DNA of 64,000 bases from a virus. Its lineage: Duplodnaviria; Caudoviricetes. Under the pieces are notes generated by a model that saw nothing but the letters and a program-made list of their open reading frames with translations, made no database searches and was not told the origin of the DNA. The position numbers and the translations under genes are program-made. Where the stretch lies: positions 32,001-96,000 of the IMG/VR virus record IMGVR_UViG_3300029288_000090; one strand, written 5' to 3'. Position 1 is the stretch's first letter; every line of letters starts with the position of its first letter. Shown piece by piece: positions 19,014 to 29,112 of the stretch.

Positions 19014-19508
19014 TTAATTCTTTCCTACTATGGGAAGTTCCTTCTTTTGGGACTGATGGATTCTTTCAAAATATTCAGTATAATGATCTGGACCCAGGTT
19101 TATGTACGGATAGTAGTATAGGGATTCTATTTGTTCTTGCTTCTCTAATATCTTTAGTAAAGACATCGGTATATTCTCACTTATATCAAAGTACACTTCT
19201 CGTACAGTGAGTTGTTCAGGGTATCCATTATAAAATAATATACTAAGTTTATTCTTGGCTTGGACGGGATCCTTGGAAGAAATCTTGCTTTCTATAAGAT
19301 ATAAGATAACTTTTCTCATATCTGAAGCTTGCTGTTGGTTTAGTTCCTTGTAAGGTTTCCACGCATTGTTAAACTCTATTTTCTTGTACCAAATGATCTG
19401 GACGGGAACTTTAGATTGCATTTCCGGTTCTGCATGTAGAAAAGTGTAGTTAACTTTTTGTGAACATCCCACTAAAACTAGCAAGGATAGAATTAGTAAG
19501 TTTTTCAT
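19014..19508 (-). CDS. Lipoprotein
   Basis: MKNLLILSLLVLVG-C lipobox; AAGGAG RBS; immediately follows the 983-aa secreted protein. Confidence 0.75.
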   Translation of the reverse strand: MKNLLILSLLVLVGCSQKVNYTFLHAEPEMQSKVPVQIIWYKKIEFNNAWKPYKELNQQQASDMRKVILYLIESKISSKDPVQAKNKLSILFYNGYPEQLTVREVYFDISENIPMSLLKILEKQEQIESLYYYPYINLGPDHYTEYFERIHQSQKKELPIVGKN

Positions 19509-19518
19509 AATAGTCTCC

Positions 19519-22470
19519 TTATTGAAGTTTGATATCATTTAAATTAATTATACCCAATCCCCATACAAAAATGTTATCATCTCCATCAATATCTCCTATT
19601 TCTGCTTTTAAGTTATCTCCCCAAATAACTTTATTTACTGTACTACTACAATTAAGATAGCTATATTCCAAGGCTTTCCTGACCCCTTGTCCGGCTCCTA
19701 AAGCTTCAAAGAATTTAACTAGTCCATCTGTACTATTTTGTAGGAAGTTAAATATTCCTACTTCATGATTGGAATTACATCTCCAACTGATATATACTTG
19801 ATCTAAAGATCCCTGCCCTTCCAGTGAGAAAACTCCATAGGTTGTGGCCATATCGGAGTATGTTCCGTTTAAACTAACATCATGGATTACTAACTTCTTA
19901 TCCCACGATCCTGTCATTCCTATGGTCATCATATCAGCTGCTGTAGCATCTAACGAATCTGGAAGTGGAGGGGAAGAAGGGATAGATCTTGTTGTCCAAG
20001 AGTAGATCGGAACCTCCTCCCAACTATCCCAGAAAATTCCTTCTTTCTTACCCCATATCATAGAGTAAGTTCTTACAACGTTTCCTGTACGATTTCCTCC
20101 ATATCCACACCAGTATACGTATCTTACACAAGGATTATTATAAAGCATATATAAGTTTTCATACGTGATGTCATGGTAGAACAAAGAGGTATAAGGAATA
20201 TTTCTATCTTCACATACTTTTGCACATTGATAAATAGCCCGTTTCCGTTCTTTGAGAAAAGTTTTGTCTTGAACAATAATTATCATTCTTGACGCTTGAT
20301 CGTAAGTATAAGGATCAAACGATTTTGTTAATTCTTTATCGTACTTATTATAGTCAGAAGAAGAAAGTGGTTTAATCTCATCTGAACCTTCTGGAGTGAG
20401 TTCTATTTCTTCTAGAGATAAGGTACAGAATTTATTATCATAAAAGCCTTCGGGAGGAATAACTATATCCACAAATTTATCAGTATAGTAGGCATATCCT
20501 ATAGATTGATCGTGTGTATTAAAGAGTCGTGCTTGTACAGTTTTACTTCCGTCATAGAAGCCAGTGTATCTATAATCCTTGGAAGAAGTATATGTATCTT
20601 CTCCTTCTGCAAGATATAAGATATTGTGGAATTGGATTGATATAGGTTCCGAAACAACAACCATCCCTGTTTCCGTCAGTGATGTAACTGTTAACGAATG
20701 ATATCCATTTGTTTCTTTTGTTGTATCTATTAGGGCACTAAATCGTCCTTGTGTTATATCAGCAACTCCAAATATAGTATTGTCTATTGTCAGATATGAA
20801 CGAATCGTCCCTCCTGGAAGTTCTGAAAATTGGATTTCTACATATCCGTATACGTTAGAAGGAAGAAGTTCATTTCCTTCTGCATCAAATATGTTAATAG
20901 TAGTTTCTACTCCATAATACGTTTTGTTCCAATCATAACTAAACTGACAACTGTCTCCTAAATTAAGAATTTTATCTCCATTAAAATCACATTTGATCAT
21001 CATAGGATAGTCAGGATCATTCAGATAATCGTTTGGATCCGAAATATCTTTCAGCCAGAAAGGGGAAAATATTTGATAATCTTCTTCATTTGTGATTCCG
21101 TCTTCGTTCAAGTCTGTTTTTCGGAGTTCTGTTGAAGTACTGACATAACTGGTGTAATAGTGAACACCAAGATCACATCCATCTCTATCAGGTTCTCCGG
21201 AGAGATTAGTAGTTAATCCCGGAAACAATTCAGGGGCTAATCCAAGTCCTACATCGACAAATCTGCTAGTAGATTTCAGAAATAGATATCTATATCCGTC
21301 TCCCGGATTTTGATAGGGAAAAGTATCCTCTATAGTAATGTTATACATGGGAAAAGGAAAATTCTGATGTTCAGTATTACTGTAAAATCCATCATTATAA
21401 ACTCCTATCTTGAGATATCCGTTTGTACAAGTCAATGCAGCATAGTTTACGGAATAGGATAAAATATCGTTGACTGAAACAAAAGTAGGAGCATCTTCTT
21501 CTGAAGTTGTACAATTAGAATTTACGAATATAGCCCCATCTCCATCATTGATTGTGTTGTTTTGTGAATAGAAAATAGATTCAGGATGTTGTTGATCCTC
21601 ACTATCTACCATGGTCCTGGATATGCCAAATCCGTAAGATCCGTAGTATCCTTCTGCTATACATCCATGATATGTTATTTGGTTGTTAATAGCTATTAGA
21701 TTTGCTGGTCCATAGGAAACAATTCCTTTATAACATCCAAAGAAGAACGAATTGGTTACCACTAGTTCTACATTATCAGAATAAACTCCTATATAAGCTC
21801 CTTCGATGTAAACGTTATTTAACTCATGATGAACAGGAGTTTCTGATTCTTCATCTCCCAAATAAACTATTCCGTAACCATATCCGATAAAGAGCTCAAG
21901 ATTTTCAGCAACAAAGTAAGTAGGAAAAACCCGTGTATCCAATACATCTGGATTCTCTATATCAGGATCCAATCCTTCTCTATATCCTGTAATAAGTTTA
22001 GCATGAGGAGAAATGATCAGTCCTGATTCCCAATCCGTTCCAAGGGTAACGATTGTGTTGGACGGAATGTATAGTTTACATCCATCTAAAAGATATGTAT
22101 ATCCTCTTATGTGATATATTTTGTTGGATTCTAATTTTAATGTTGTATCTATGATTGAAGGGAGAATCCAACCACATGTATTTGGATCCTGAACTATTTC
22201 TGATTGAAGAAGAGGTTGATTGAGAACATCTATCAGGTAGTCGTTGTGTAGTTCTTTTTTAGATTGAATCAATTGTTGTGCCTGTCCTGTTTTTTGTTCT
22301 CTAAGAAAGATACTCGATGTAGAAACTTTTATGTCTTCTGGAGTAGGGCAACTCTTGAGTTCAGTTTTTTTGTCTAATTTAGGGAGTCCTAGTATAAATT
22401 TGTTATCAGATCTTCCAATTAGAGTAAGGAACAGAATCAATACCAACATGATCAACAATTGCCTTTTCAT
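19519..22470 (-). CDS. Secreted multidomain protein: signal peptide, beta-helix-like region, dockerin/EF-hand-like pair, Ig-like domain, C-terminal caspase/gingipain-like fold
   Basis: MKRQLLIMLVLILF signal; DLNEDGITNEEDY...WL and DFNGDKILNLGD...W repeats; DPN motifs; YVYWCGYGG...LVIHDVS. Confidence 0.6.
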   Translation of the reverse strand: MKRQLLIMLVLILFLTLIGRSDNKFILGLPKLDKKTELKSCPTPEDIKVSTSSIFLREQKTGQAQQLIQSKKELHNDYLIDVLNQPLLQSEIVQDPNTCGWILPSIIDTTLKLESNKIYHIRGYTYLLDGCKLYIPSNTIVTLGTDWESGLIISPHAKLITGYREGLDPDIENPDVLDTRVFPTYFVAENLELFIGYGYGIVYLGDEESETPVHHELNNVYIEGAYIGVYSDNVELVVTNSFFFGCYKGIVSYGPANLIAINNQITYHGCIAEGYYGSYGFGISRTMVDSEDQQHPESIFYSQNNTINDGDGAIFVNSNCTTSEEDAPTFVSVNDILSYSVNYAALTCTNGYLKIGVYNDGFYSNTEHQNFPFPMYNITIEDTFPYQNPGDGYRYLFLKSTSRFVDVGLGLAPELFPGLTTNLSGEPDRDGCDLGVHYYTSYVSTSTELRKTDLNEDGITNEEDYQIFSPFWLKDISDPNDYLNDPDYPMMIKCDFNGDKILNLGDSCQFSYDWNKTYYGVETTINIFDAEGNELLPSNVYGYVEIQFSELPGGTIRSYLTIDNTIFGVADITQGRFSALIDTTKETNGYHSLTVTSLTETGMVVVSEPISIQFHNILYLAEGEDTYTSSKDYRYTGFYDGSKTVQARLFNTHDQSIGYAYYTDKFVDIVIPPEGFYDNKFCTLSLEEIELTPEGSDEIKPLSSSDYNKYDKELTKSFDPYTYDQASRMIIIVQDKTFLKERKRAIYQCAKVCEDRNIPYTSLFYHDITYENLYMLYNNPCVRYVYWCGYGGNRTGNVVRTYSMIWGKKEGIFWDSWEEVPIYSWTTRSIPSSPPLPDSLDATAADMMTIGMTGSWDKKLVIHDVSLNGTYSDMATTYGVFSLEGQGSLDQVYISWRCNSNHEVGIFNFLQNSTDGLVKFFEALGAGQGVRKALEYSYLNCSSTVNKVIWGDNLKAEIGDIDGDDNIFVWGLGIINLNDIKLQ

Positions 22471-22504
22471 ATCAGTACTCCTTAAAGTTTAGTTTGTATC
22501 TCTT

Positions 22505-23050
22505 TCAGAACTTATCTTGTTCCTTTACAGAACTAGTAGAAGAATATCTTCCTGTAGTTGCTCCTTTTAAACTAAAATACGGTTCTGTTTTGCTTTTGAC
22601 TTCCCTATTCACATGCAAAGGAAGGGTAACAATTGTTTCGTATCTACCATCAGGCCAGACAACTATGACTTCTTTTCGAACTCGAACTGCATATCTAATA
22701 GTAGCCCACGTTCCACTTCTTTGCTCTTCGTCAAATCCTTTGGGAGTTGCAATCAGGAGATGGCAGCAGTCTACAATATCGTGATTCCGTTCTATGGGAG
22801 CTTTGGCTGTCCAAACTCCTTCGTAACACCAACAATTAGCCCGTTTGGAATCAATATCACAAGGATGCTTGACAATTCTGTATCCCAATGGAGCAGCAAT
22901 TTGGTGAGCTTCTGCATCAGCTCCTACACAATCTCCATGGTGCAGTATTGTTCCTTTTCCTTCCTTTTCAAACAGCATTTTTACTGTAAGTTTTTGTTGC
23001 TCTGTCATTTCCTTTTGTGTTCCGGTAAAGCCTAAGATTTTAGTTTGCAT
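22505..23050 (-). CDS. SLOG (DprA/YspA-like) nucleotide-binding protein
   Basis: GFTGT, LHHGDCVGAD, ERN..IVD, SGTWATIRYA. Confidence 0.8.
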   Translation of the reverse strand: MQTKILGFTGTQKEMTEQQKLTVKMLFEKEGKGTILHHGDCVGADAEAHQIAAPLGYRIVKHPCDIDSKRANCWCYEGVWTAKAPIERNHDIVDCCHLLIATPKGFDEEQRSGTWATIRYAVRVRKEVIVVWPDGRYETIVTLPLHVNREVKSKTEPYFSLKGATTGRYSSTSSVKEQDKF

Positions 23051-23431
23051 CTTCTAGCTCCTTAAACAATTTCAACATCAATATGTTGCATTTTTCCAAA
23101 CATCACTTCTCCAATTTCAAAACAAGATCCTGGTGGAATTTCATGCAATAAAAGTTCAATAGGAAGGCAGTGTCCGTCTTCCATACCTCCTACGTATGCC
23201 CAATGTCCGTGAACGTCGGTCTTGTAGGGTTTGTGCTCCCAAATTTGAACGTATTTCATATTTAATTCATTTCGAGTTATGTACATCTTCTTTTTCTTTT
23301 TTATTTTTCAAACCATAAATAGTATCTAATGCAAGTCGAAGTTGTATAATTTCATTACGTCCACTTCGTATTCCTTCTTGCAAATGTTCTACAGCTTTTA
23401 GAAAGTCTGACATATTTCACCTAAAAAAGGC

Positions 23432-23519
23432 AGTATAGGATAGTTGGCTTTTACGCCAAAGTACGTCTCGGGATTTTCAAGGATTTTCGTACTTCTCGGG
23501 GTCAAGACTATCCTATACT
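23432..23519 (-). other. Intergenic multibranch RNA structure or terminator
   Basis: 13-bp perfect closing stem AGTATAGGATAGT/ACTATCCTATACT enclosing TTGGC/GCCAA and AAGTACG/CGTACTT stems; U-run follows on the minus strand. Confidence 0.55.
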
Positions 23520-24353
23520 TAAGGGAGGGCATTATTCTTCAACCTTTACAATTCTAAATTCGAATAAAGTTTCTTGTTTAACACCAGTAAAACAAAAAAT
23601 TGTTTGTTTTGTATGTATGTTCCAATCGGAGCATGCTCCAGATCTTTATTTTCTTTACGGATTATTTCTGAAATGGCAAGAGGTAGATCGGTAATACTTT
23701 TTGGAAATTGAAATGCTCTTACTCCATAACATCCTTTTATTCCTAAATGGGTTCCCCCTTCAACGTATACTGTTTTATTATTAGAATTCTTACCCTCTTC
23801 TTGTAGATTGCAAGATTGTTCTATTTGTTTTGGACGTTCATAATTAGATACGTCCTCATAGAAACAGCAAAGTCCGCCAGAAAGTTTAGAAAATAAGGTG
23901 CATAGTTCTTTTGTTTCTTGTTCTGTTGTTTCTCCTTCTTTTCTATTATGAAACAAAATTGTTATTCTTCCTAACGAACAAGGAGTCCCAACTGAAGGAT
24001 CGCCATTCGATCTAACAAACAATTCCACTATTTCTGCCATTTTTCAATTCCTTGTACTTGTCCAAATTCTTCGTATTCTTCTTGATATAGACGTTTGTAT
24101 TTAACTCCTACTCTTGGAGCAAAGAGAAGTTTAAAAAACATCCATATTCCAATACATATCCATTTAATAATCCAAAAAATCGATTTAAAGAAGTAATAGA
24201 TAATAACTAATGCCAACCCTGAAAGAACTATATCATTCTGACGGATTCGATCCCGTTCTCTTTCTACAGCCATTCGAGCTCGGGCTCGGTCTTCTGCAGC
24301 ATATTGATCTTGTAGATATGCTCTTCTATTGTTAGCGTAGTCAGTATAATTTG

Positions 24354-24689
24354 TCATATAGTAGGTGTCCTTAAAGAAAGAACCTTAGCTTTACATTCTT
24401 CGCAACGTTCTGTTAGATCTAACAGATTTTTAAGTATATCAACAACACCTCTTTCAGGATCTTTAAATTCTGGCAGAGGAGAATTATGTTTGTATCCTCT
24501 TTTTGCTATCTCCTTTGCTAATTCTTCATGTCTGATTCTTATTTTAGCTGTATTAATCAATCCATTTTCGTAATATCCCTCAAGACTAGTTCCTCTATTT
24601 ATACATCCAACAATCATATGAAGTTCTACATGTTCTCCTAAAAGATGTTTTCGACACATAAACTGAGGATTTACTAGCCACATTCTCAT
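24354..24689 (-). CDS. denV: Pyrimidine-dimer DNA glycosylase / endonuclease V family
   Basis: MRMW.V.P..MCRKHLLGEH.ELH, RH..L..E...RGY.H.SP. Confidence 0.8.
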   Translation of the reverse strand: MRMWLVNPQFMCRKHLLGEHVELHMIVGCINRGTSLEGYYENGLINTAKIRIRHEELAKEIAKRGYKHNSPLPEFKDPERGVVDILKNLLDLTERCEECKAKVLSLRTPTI

Positions 24690-25333
24690 CTTATTCTATA
24701 TCCTCTTTTTGTTCTTTGTTATTCGAATCTATCTGTTTCATTTTGATATCCTGACGTTCTTGGACTGAAGCAAGGAGTTCCTGCTCCATTCAGGTCATGG
24801 GCGATAGTAATAGCAATTTGGGTTGTATTCAGATTCTTTTCCTTTGCAAACAGAATGAATCTTTTCATTGCCTCAACTGCTTCTTGCCCTTGCAGTTCTT
24901 GGAAACGGAGTAGGGCACATCCTATATCCATCATTTTCCAACCAAAAGGGTTAAGGTAATCTGCTAATACAAGTTCAAAATCCATTACATCATTCCTTAT
25001 CATTTTCTTTTCTCTTTAATACAACGTGTGTGACCACGAATAACCACATCTTTTACACGTAACTCCGATTCCACCTGAATCAGGACCACACCAACCACCA
25101 TCCTCTTCCAAATCGTGCCCTAAAAAACAGCAACGGGCTCCTCTCAAAAACTGCTTCAATGCAAACCAGTAAAAGTTCTCCTTGGTTCCATCCGTATAAC
25201 ATCCGTATTCAAAAAACTTCTTTTCTTCTTTTCCGAAGGATCTAATCCACAAATCCTTCAGGTCACTAAATGCTTGTCTAAATTTCATCTTCTTTTCTCC
25301 TGTACTAAAAACTAATCTTTTATCCTATACTTT

Positions 25334-25362
25334 ATTATAAGTTATAGTTTTATAAAACTCAA
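25334..25362 (-). promoter_or_regulatory. Strong sigma70 early promoter TTGAGT-N17-TATAAT (copy 2)
   Basis: Identical to 14618-14646. Confidence 0.85.
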
Positions 25363-25386
25363 TGGAAATCTTAAAAAAGTACAGGT

Positions 25387-25472
25387 TATAACTCCTTATT
25401 TTACAAAGGTTTATAAAAAAGTATCCTTTTTATTTATTTTTAATAAAACTCTTTATTTTATAAGGAGTTATA
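25387..25472. repeat. Pair of 29-bp palindromes (25387-25415, 25444-25472)
   Basis: Same consensus as the 14.7 kb pair; nearly the same spacing (57 vs 56). Confidence 0.9.
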
Positions 25473-25991
25473 ATCATATCCCTAGATGTGTTTTTAGGGC
25501 CCTTTTATACCCATATCTCTAAGCAATTCACGGATAGGGCCCGTCAGTGCTTCGTTTATGTCTTCTTTTAGGAATTGGATAGGTTTAAGTGGTTCTATTT
25601 GTGGATCAAATTTTGTTATCCCATCTTTTTCTAAAATAAAGACACTAAATTTTTTCATAAGAAGCTCAAACTTTTTACACAGAACTTGTTCTTTAGTATC
25701 AAAAACTTCTATTGGAATGCCAAGAAAAGTTTTAAGATATGTAGAAGGATACTTGTAATTTACTATTTCTTTTTGCTTTAAGAATAGTTTCTTCCAAAGG
25801 AACCAATTTTCTTTTGTGGAAATTATTACTCCACGTTCTTTGAATAGACTATCTAACATTAAAGATAGATGAGTTAGTTTCTTAAGATCAACTACAACTT
25901 CAGAAGAAGATGCTGAAGTAAAAGTAGCCTCTTCCCAAAACTCAAAAGGACAGGAATTCTTGTCTACATCTGGCATCTTCTCTAAAACCTC

Positions 25992-27164
25992 CTATCTATT
26001 TTTTAGTAACATAAAAAATTCATCTCTAACTATTTGTTTGTCTCTAAAAACACCTTCTACAGAACTTGTAATTGTTACTGCATCAGGTTTTTTAACCCCT
26101 CTCATTATCATACAAAAATGACGCCCTGAAATATGAACTGCAACTCCTTTTGGATTGATTTTTTGAAGTTGATTTGTAATATCTCGTGTTAGTTCCTCTT
26201 GTACAACTGGACGCTTAGCTAGTAATTCAACAAGTCTTGCTAGTTTAGATATACCTAATATTTGTCCGTTCGGAATGTATCCTAAACTAATTTTATATTC
26301 AACAGGAAGAAAATGATGTGGACACATTGAAAAACATTCAATATCTTTTAGTACGATCATTTCATCAGTATCAGAAGTAAAGGATGTTCCTAATATTTCA
26401 TTTACTTGTTCATTTGTATTCTTGACGCCTTCAAAAATTTCAGCATATGCTCTAGCAACTCGTTTTGGCGTTTCTTTAAAATGTTCACTAGAAAGATCCA
26501 ATCCATAATCTAGCTTTAATCCTTTTAGAATAAGATGCATTCCTCTTTCTACCTGACTTAAACCTACAAAACCTCCATGGACTCTTTGTAATTCATTATG
26601 AAGTTTGGAATGACATTTCTTGCAAAGTACAAGTAAATTTTCTAAAGAATGATTTCCTAATTCTGTTCTTGAACTATTCATATCTATATGATGAACAACT
26701 AACTTTTTAACGTCTGTTTCTCCACATCTTTGACATTTTTTTCCATAAAAGGAGAAAGCATTTTCTCGATAACTTTTTCCCCAAGGTTTTGATTTGGATT
26801 TTTTCATTTTTTCTATAGATTCTTTTGATTTTGGTTTTCCAATTTGTGCAAGTCTTCTTACCTTTATTTGTTCAGATTTTTTCATCTGATTACTTGCAGA
26901 ATCACTACGTCGTTTTTTCAATCTAATCCCTTCTTCATTTCCATGTATTTCTTCATATGTTTTATTTTTGAGTTTCTTTCCACGTAATTCTTTTAGATAT
27001 TTACAATCTATAGAAGAATTTGGGAAACTTAATTTATATTCTTTCATAGTTATGTTATGCATTGCAAGATGTGTACTAGATATTCTTCTCAACTTTTTTT
27101 TACATATCTGACAAACAACATAATCTCTTCTTAATATATGTTTACTCATTATTTTCTCCGTCAT
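25992..27164 (-). CDS. folE: GTP cyclohydrolase I fused to an N-terminal Zn-finger/NUMOD/HNH endonuclease region
   Basis: ETPKRVARAY, FSMCPHHFLP, GISKLARLV...KRP..QE.LT, HFCMIMRGV; N-terminal CQIC..H...H and CQRCG...VVHHID...N...NL..LC..CH. Confidence 0.9.
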   Translation of the reverse strand: MTEKIMSKHILRRDYVVCQICKKKLRRISSTHLAMHNITMKEYKLSFPNSSIDCKYLKELRGKKLKNKTYEEIHGNEEGIRLKKRRSDSASNQMKKSEQIKVRRLAQIGKPKSKESIEKMKKSKSKPWGKSYRENAFSFYGKKCQRCGETDVKKLVVHHIDMNSSRTELGNHSLENLLVLCKKCHSKLHNELQRVHGGFVGLSQVERGMHLILKGLKLDYGLDLSSEHFKETPKRVARAYAEIFEGVKNTNEQVNEILGTSFTSDTDEMIVLKDIECFSMCPHHFLPVEYKISLGYIPNGQILGISKLARLVELLAKRPVVQEELTRDITNQLQKINPKGVAVHISGRHFCMIMRGVKKPDAVTITSSVEGVFRDKQIVRDEFFMLLKNR

Positions 27165-27606
27165 TTCTTAACTGATCTGTTATCTCATTTATTCTAATTA
27201 CGTTTTCTAACCATTTCAAATCAACTGGTGTATATGTTTCAGGTTTTAATACTTTTCCTCCTGCATCTTTATGGACTGTTCCGTCCTCCCAAACCTTAGT
27301 CATATTTGATCTATGAATGTCGTCAAATATTCTATCTATATCCAATCCCATCTCCATAGCCATTCCAAATGTAACATACAGAAGATCTCCCAAAGCATCT
27401 GCTATTTCAACAATATCTTTTCTCCGGACAGCATCTCCCAATTCTCCTACTTCAGAAGTTATCAAGGACAATCTTCTAATAAAATCTTTTGGATCTAATA
27501 GTGTAGGTTTGTAGCGGATTGGAAGATCAAAAGTTGTATGAAATTCAGCCATTTCTCTTACATACATACTGGATTCAACAGGGTCTCTAACATATCTTCT
27601 GTTCAT
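27142..27606 (-). CDS. MazG-like (PRA-PH-like) nucleoside triphosphate pyrophosphohydrolase
   Basis: LI.SE..EL, EIADALGDLLYV..G, IH.SNMTK, GKVLKP. Confidence 0.85.
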   Translation of the reverse strand: MNRRYVRDPVESSMYVREMAEFHTTFDLPIRYKPTLLDPKDFIRRLSLITSEVGELGDAVRRKDIVEIADALGDLLYVTFGMAMEMGLDIDRIFDDIHRSNMTKVWEDGTVHKDAGGKVLKPETYTPVDLKWLENVIRINEITDQLRNDGENNE

Positions 27607-28580
27607 AATATCTCCGTTTCTTCAATGAGTTTACTTAATGCATCTAAACCTTCTTCTCTTCCATAACTATCAGGATCATGATGTTTTGGAAACTGCACAA
27701 TTTTTATATTTTTAATATGTGCTTGAAACCTTTTTGCTTCTCTTCTGGCCTTCCAATAGGCATCTCCGTCCCAAGCTAAAACCAACTCCTGGAGTTGCTT
27801 ATTTAAGATTAGAATAGATTGTTCCTTGGTAATATGGGTACCAAATGTACAAACAACATCTTCAGTCAGTTTTTGGATTCTCCAACAATCTAAAATCCCC
27901 TCAGTAACTATTATTCTTGTTCTTTTAATTCTATCTAAATCATAAAGAAAGTCGTTAACTGAAGTTTCTGACATTTTATACTTTAGCCAGCTTCTTCCCG
28001 TCATGTCTGCTCCTACAAAAGAAACCATCTCACTTTTATAAAATATGGGAATAAGAAGTCGATGGGTCCATTCTCCTCCTTTTCCGAAAGAGCATCGATG
28101 TCTGACGCAATCCACCAGACTAAATTTCCTTTTTTCTAACCATTCTTCTAATAACGGATAATAGGTTGCAGGAGTTATAGTTTGTGTATGTTTTGGAAGA
28201 TCTAGAAGGGTTCTACTTTGTGGAAGAAATTGTTCATTAGGAGGGTTTAATATATCATTAATCCTGGATAAAGCAGAGGTTTCTTCTACTGTTCCTATTC
28301 CTAATGCTTCTTGATATTGTTCCCAAGTAACATCTGCAACTTCCTGTAACAGTTCAAAGAAAGAACCATAGGCCTTACATTTCCAGCATGTATAAAATCC
28401 TTTAGTTCTATGAATGCCTAAATGGTCAGAATCATCGTCACAAAACGGACAAGTCATTCCATAATAGTCAGAGGAGACGTTCTTTCCTTGTTCAATGTAA
28501 GGAACGTCAAAGGCGTCTAACATTTCTTTGATTTTATCAGGAGTCAGTTCGTTCTTAAGGCGTTTAGGTATTGATTCCAT
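27603..28580 (-). CDS. dnaG: DNA primase (Zn finger + TOPRIM)
   Basis: CPFC....H......CWKC; IVTEGILD, TFG, AWDGDA, HDPD. Confidence 0.85.
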   Translation of the reverse strand: MESIPKRLKNELTPDKIKEMLDAFDVPYIEQGKNVSSDYYGMTCPFCDDDSDHLGIHRTKGFYTCWKCKAYGSFFELLQEVADVTWEQYQEALGIGTVEETSALSRINDILNPPNEQFLPQSRTLLDLPKHTQTITPATYYPLLEEWLEKRKFSLVDCVRHRCSFGKGGEWTHRLLIPIFYKSEMVSFVGADMTGRSWLKYKMSETSVNDFLYDLDRIKRTRIIVTEGILDCWRIQKLTEDVVCTFGTHITKEQSILILNKQLQELVLAWDGDAYWKARREAKRFQAHIKNIKIVQFPKHHDPDSYGREEGLDALSKLIEETEIL

Positions 28581-29112
28581 ATTTCTTCTTCAATATTTTG
28601 TAATGTTGAGAAGCCGTAACTTCTAAGACTCCTCTCTCTCGACATTCCAGACAAGGAAACGTGCATGTATGATCTAGATCATCTTTTTCACTATAAAACT
28701 CAGCTCCATAGCAGTAAGGGCATGGGATCTTTCTTTTCTTGAAATAGTATTTATATATAGCATATACTGCACATACTAATAAACTTGAAAATACCATTAT
28801 CAAAATGATCACTGGCAATCTTCCTAAATTTTCGTTCATCATTTTAATCGTCCTCTATTTCTAATATATTCAAACCAATTCCCTCTGGAACGGATTCTGG
28901 GGAGAAATTCTTCCCAGTTGCTAGAAGAATACGCAATATTCTCCATCTCATCTATATGAGTGTCACTCCATCCAAACTTTCTTAAACGCTCTTTGAACTG
29001 ACTGACTAAAATCATAACATCTATTTCTAACAAATGTCCTACATTGGCGTAATCTCGGAATCGCTGTATAATTTGATGTTTATCAAACGGACTGACATAG
29101 CAGCAGGGCTTC

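Noticed and set aside
4284-25472. 29-bp repeats as a CRISPR or mini-CRISPR array
   Set aside because: They occur only as dispersed pairs with 20-28 nt AT-rich gaps and vary between copies; no cas genes are present. They fit operator or recombination sites better.
25992-27164. Intein or group I intron in folE
   Set aside because: The HNH region is N-terminal to an intact FolE, with no splice-junction residues and no interruption of the frame.
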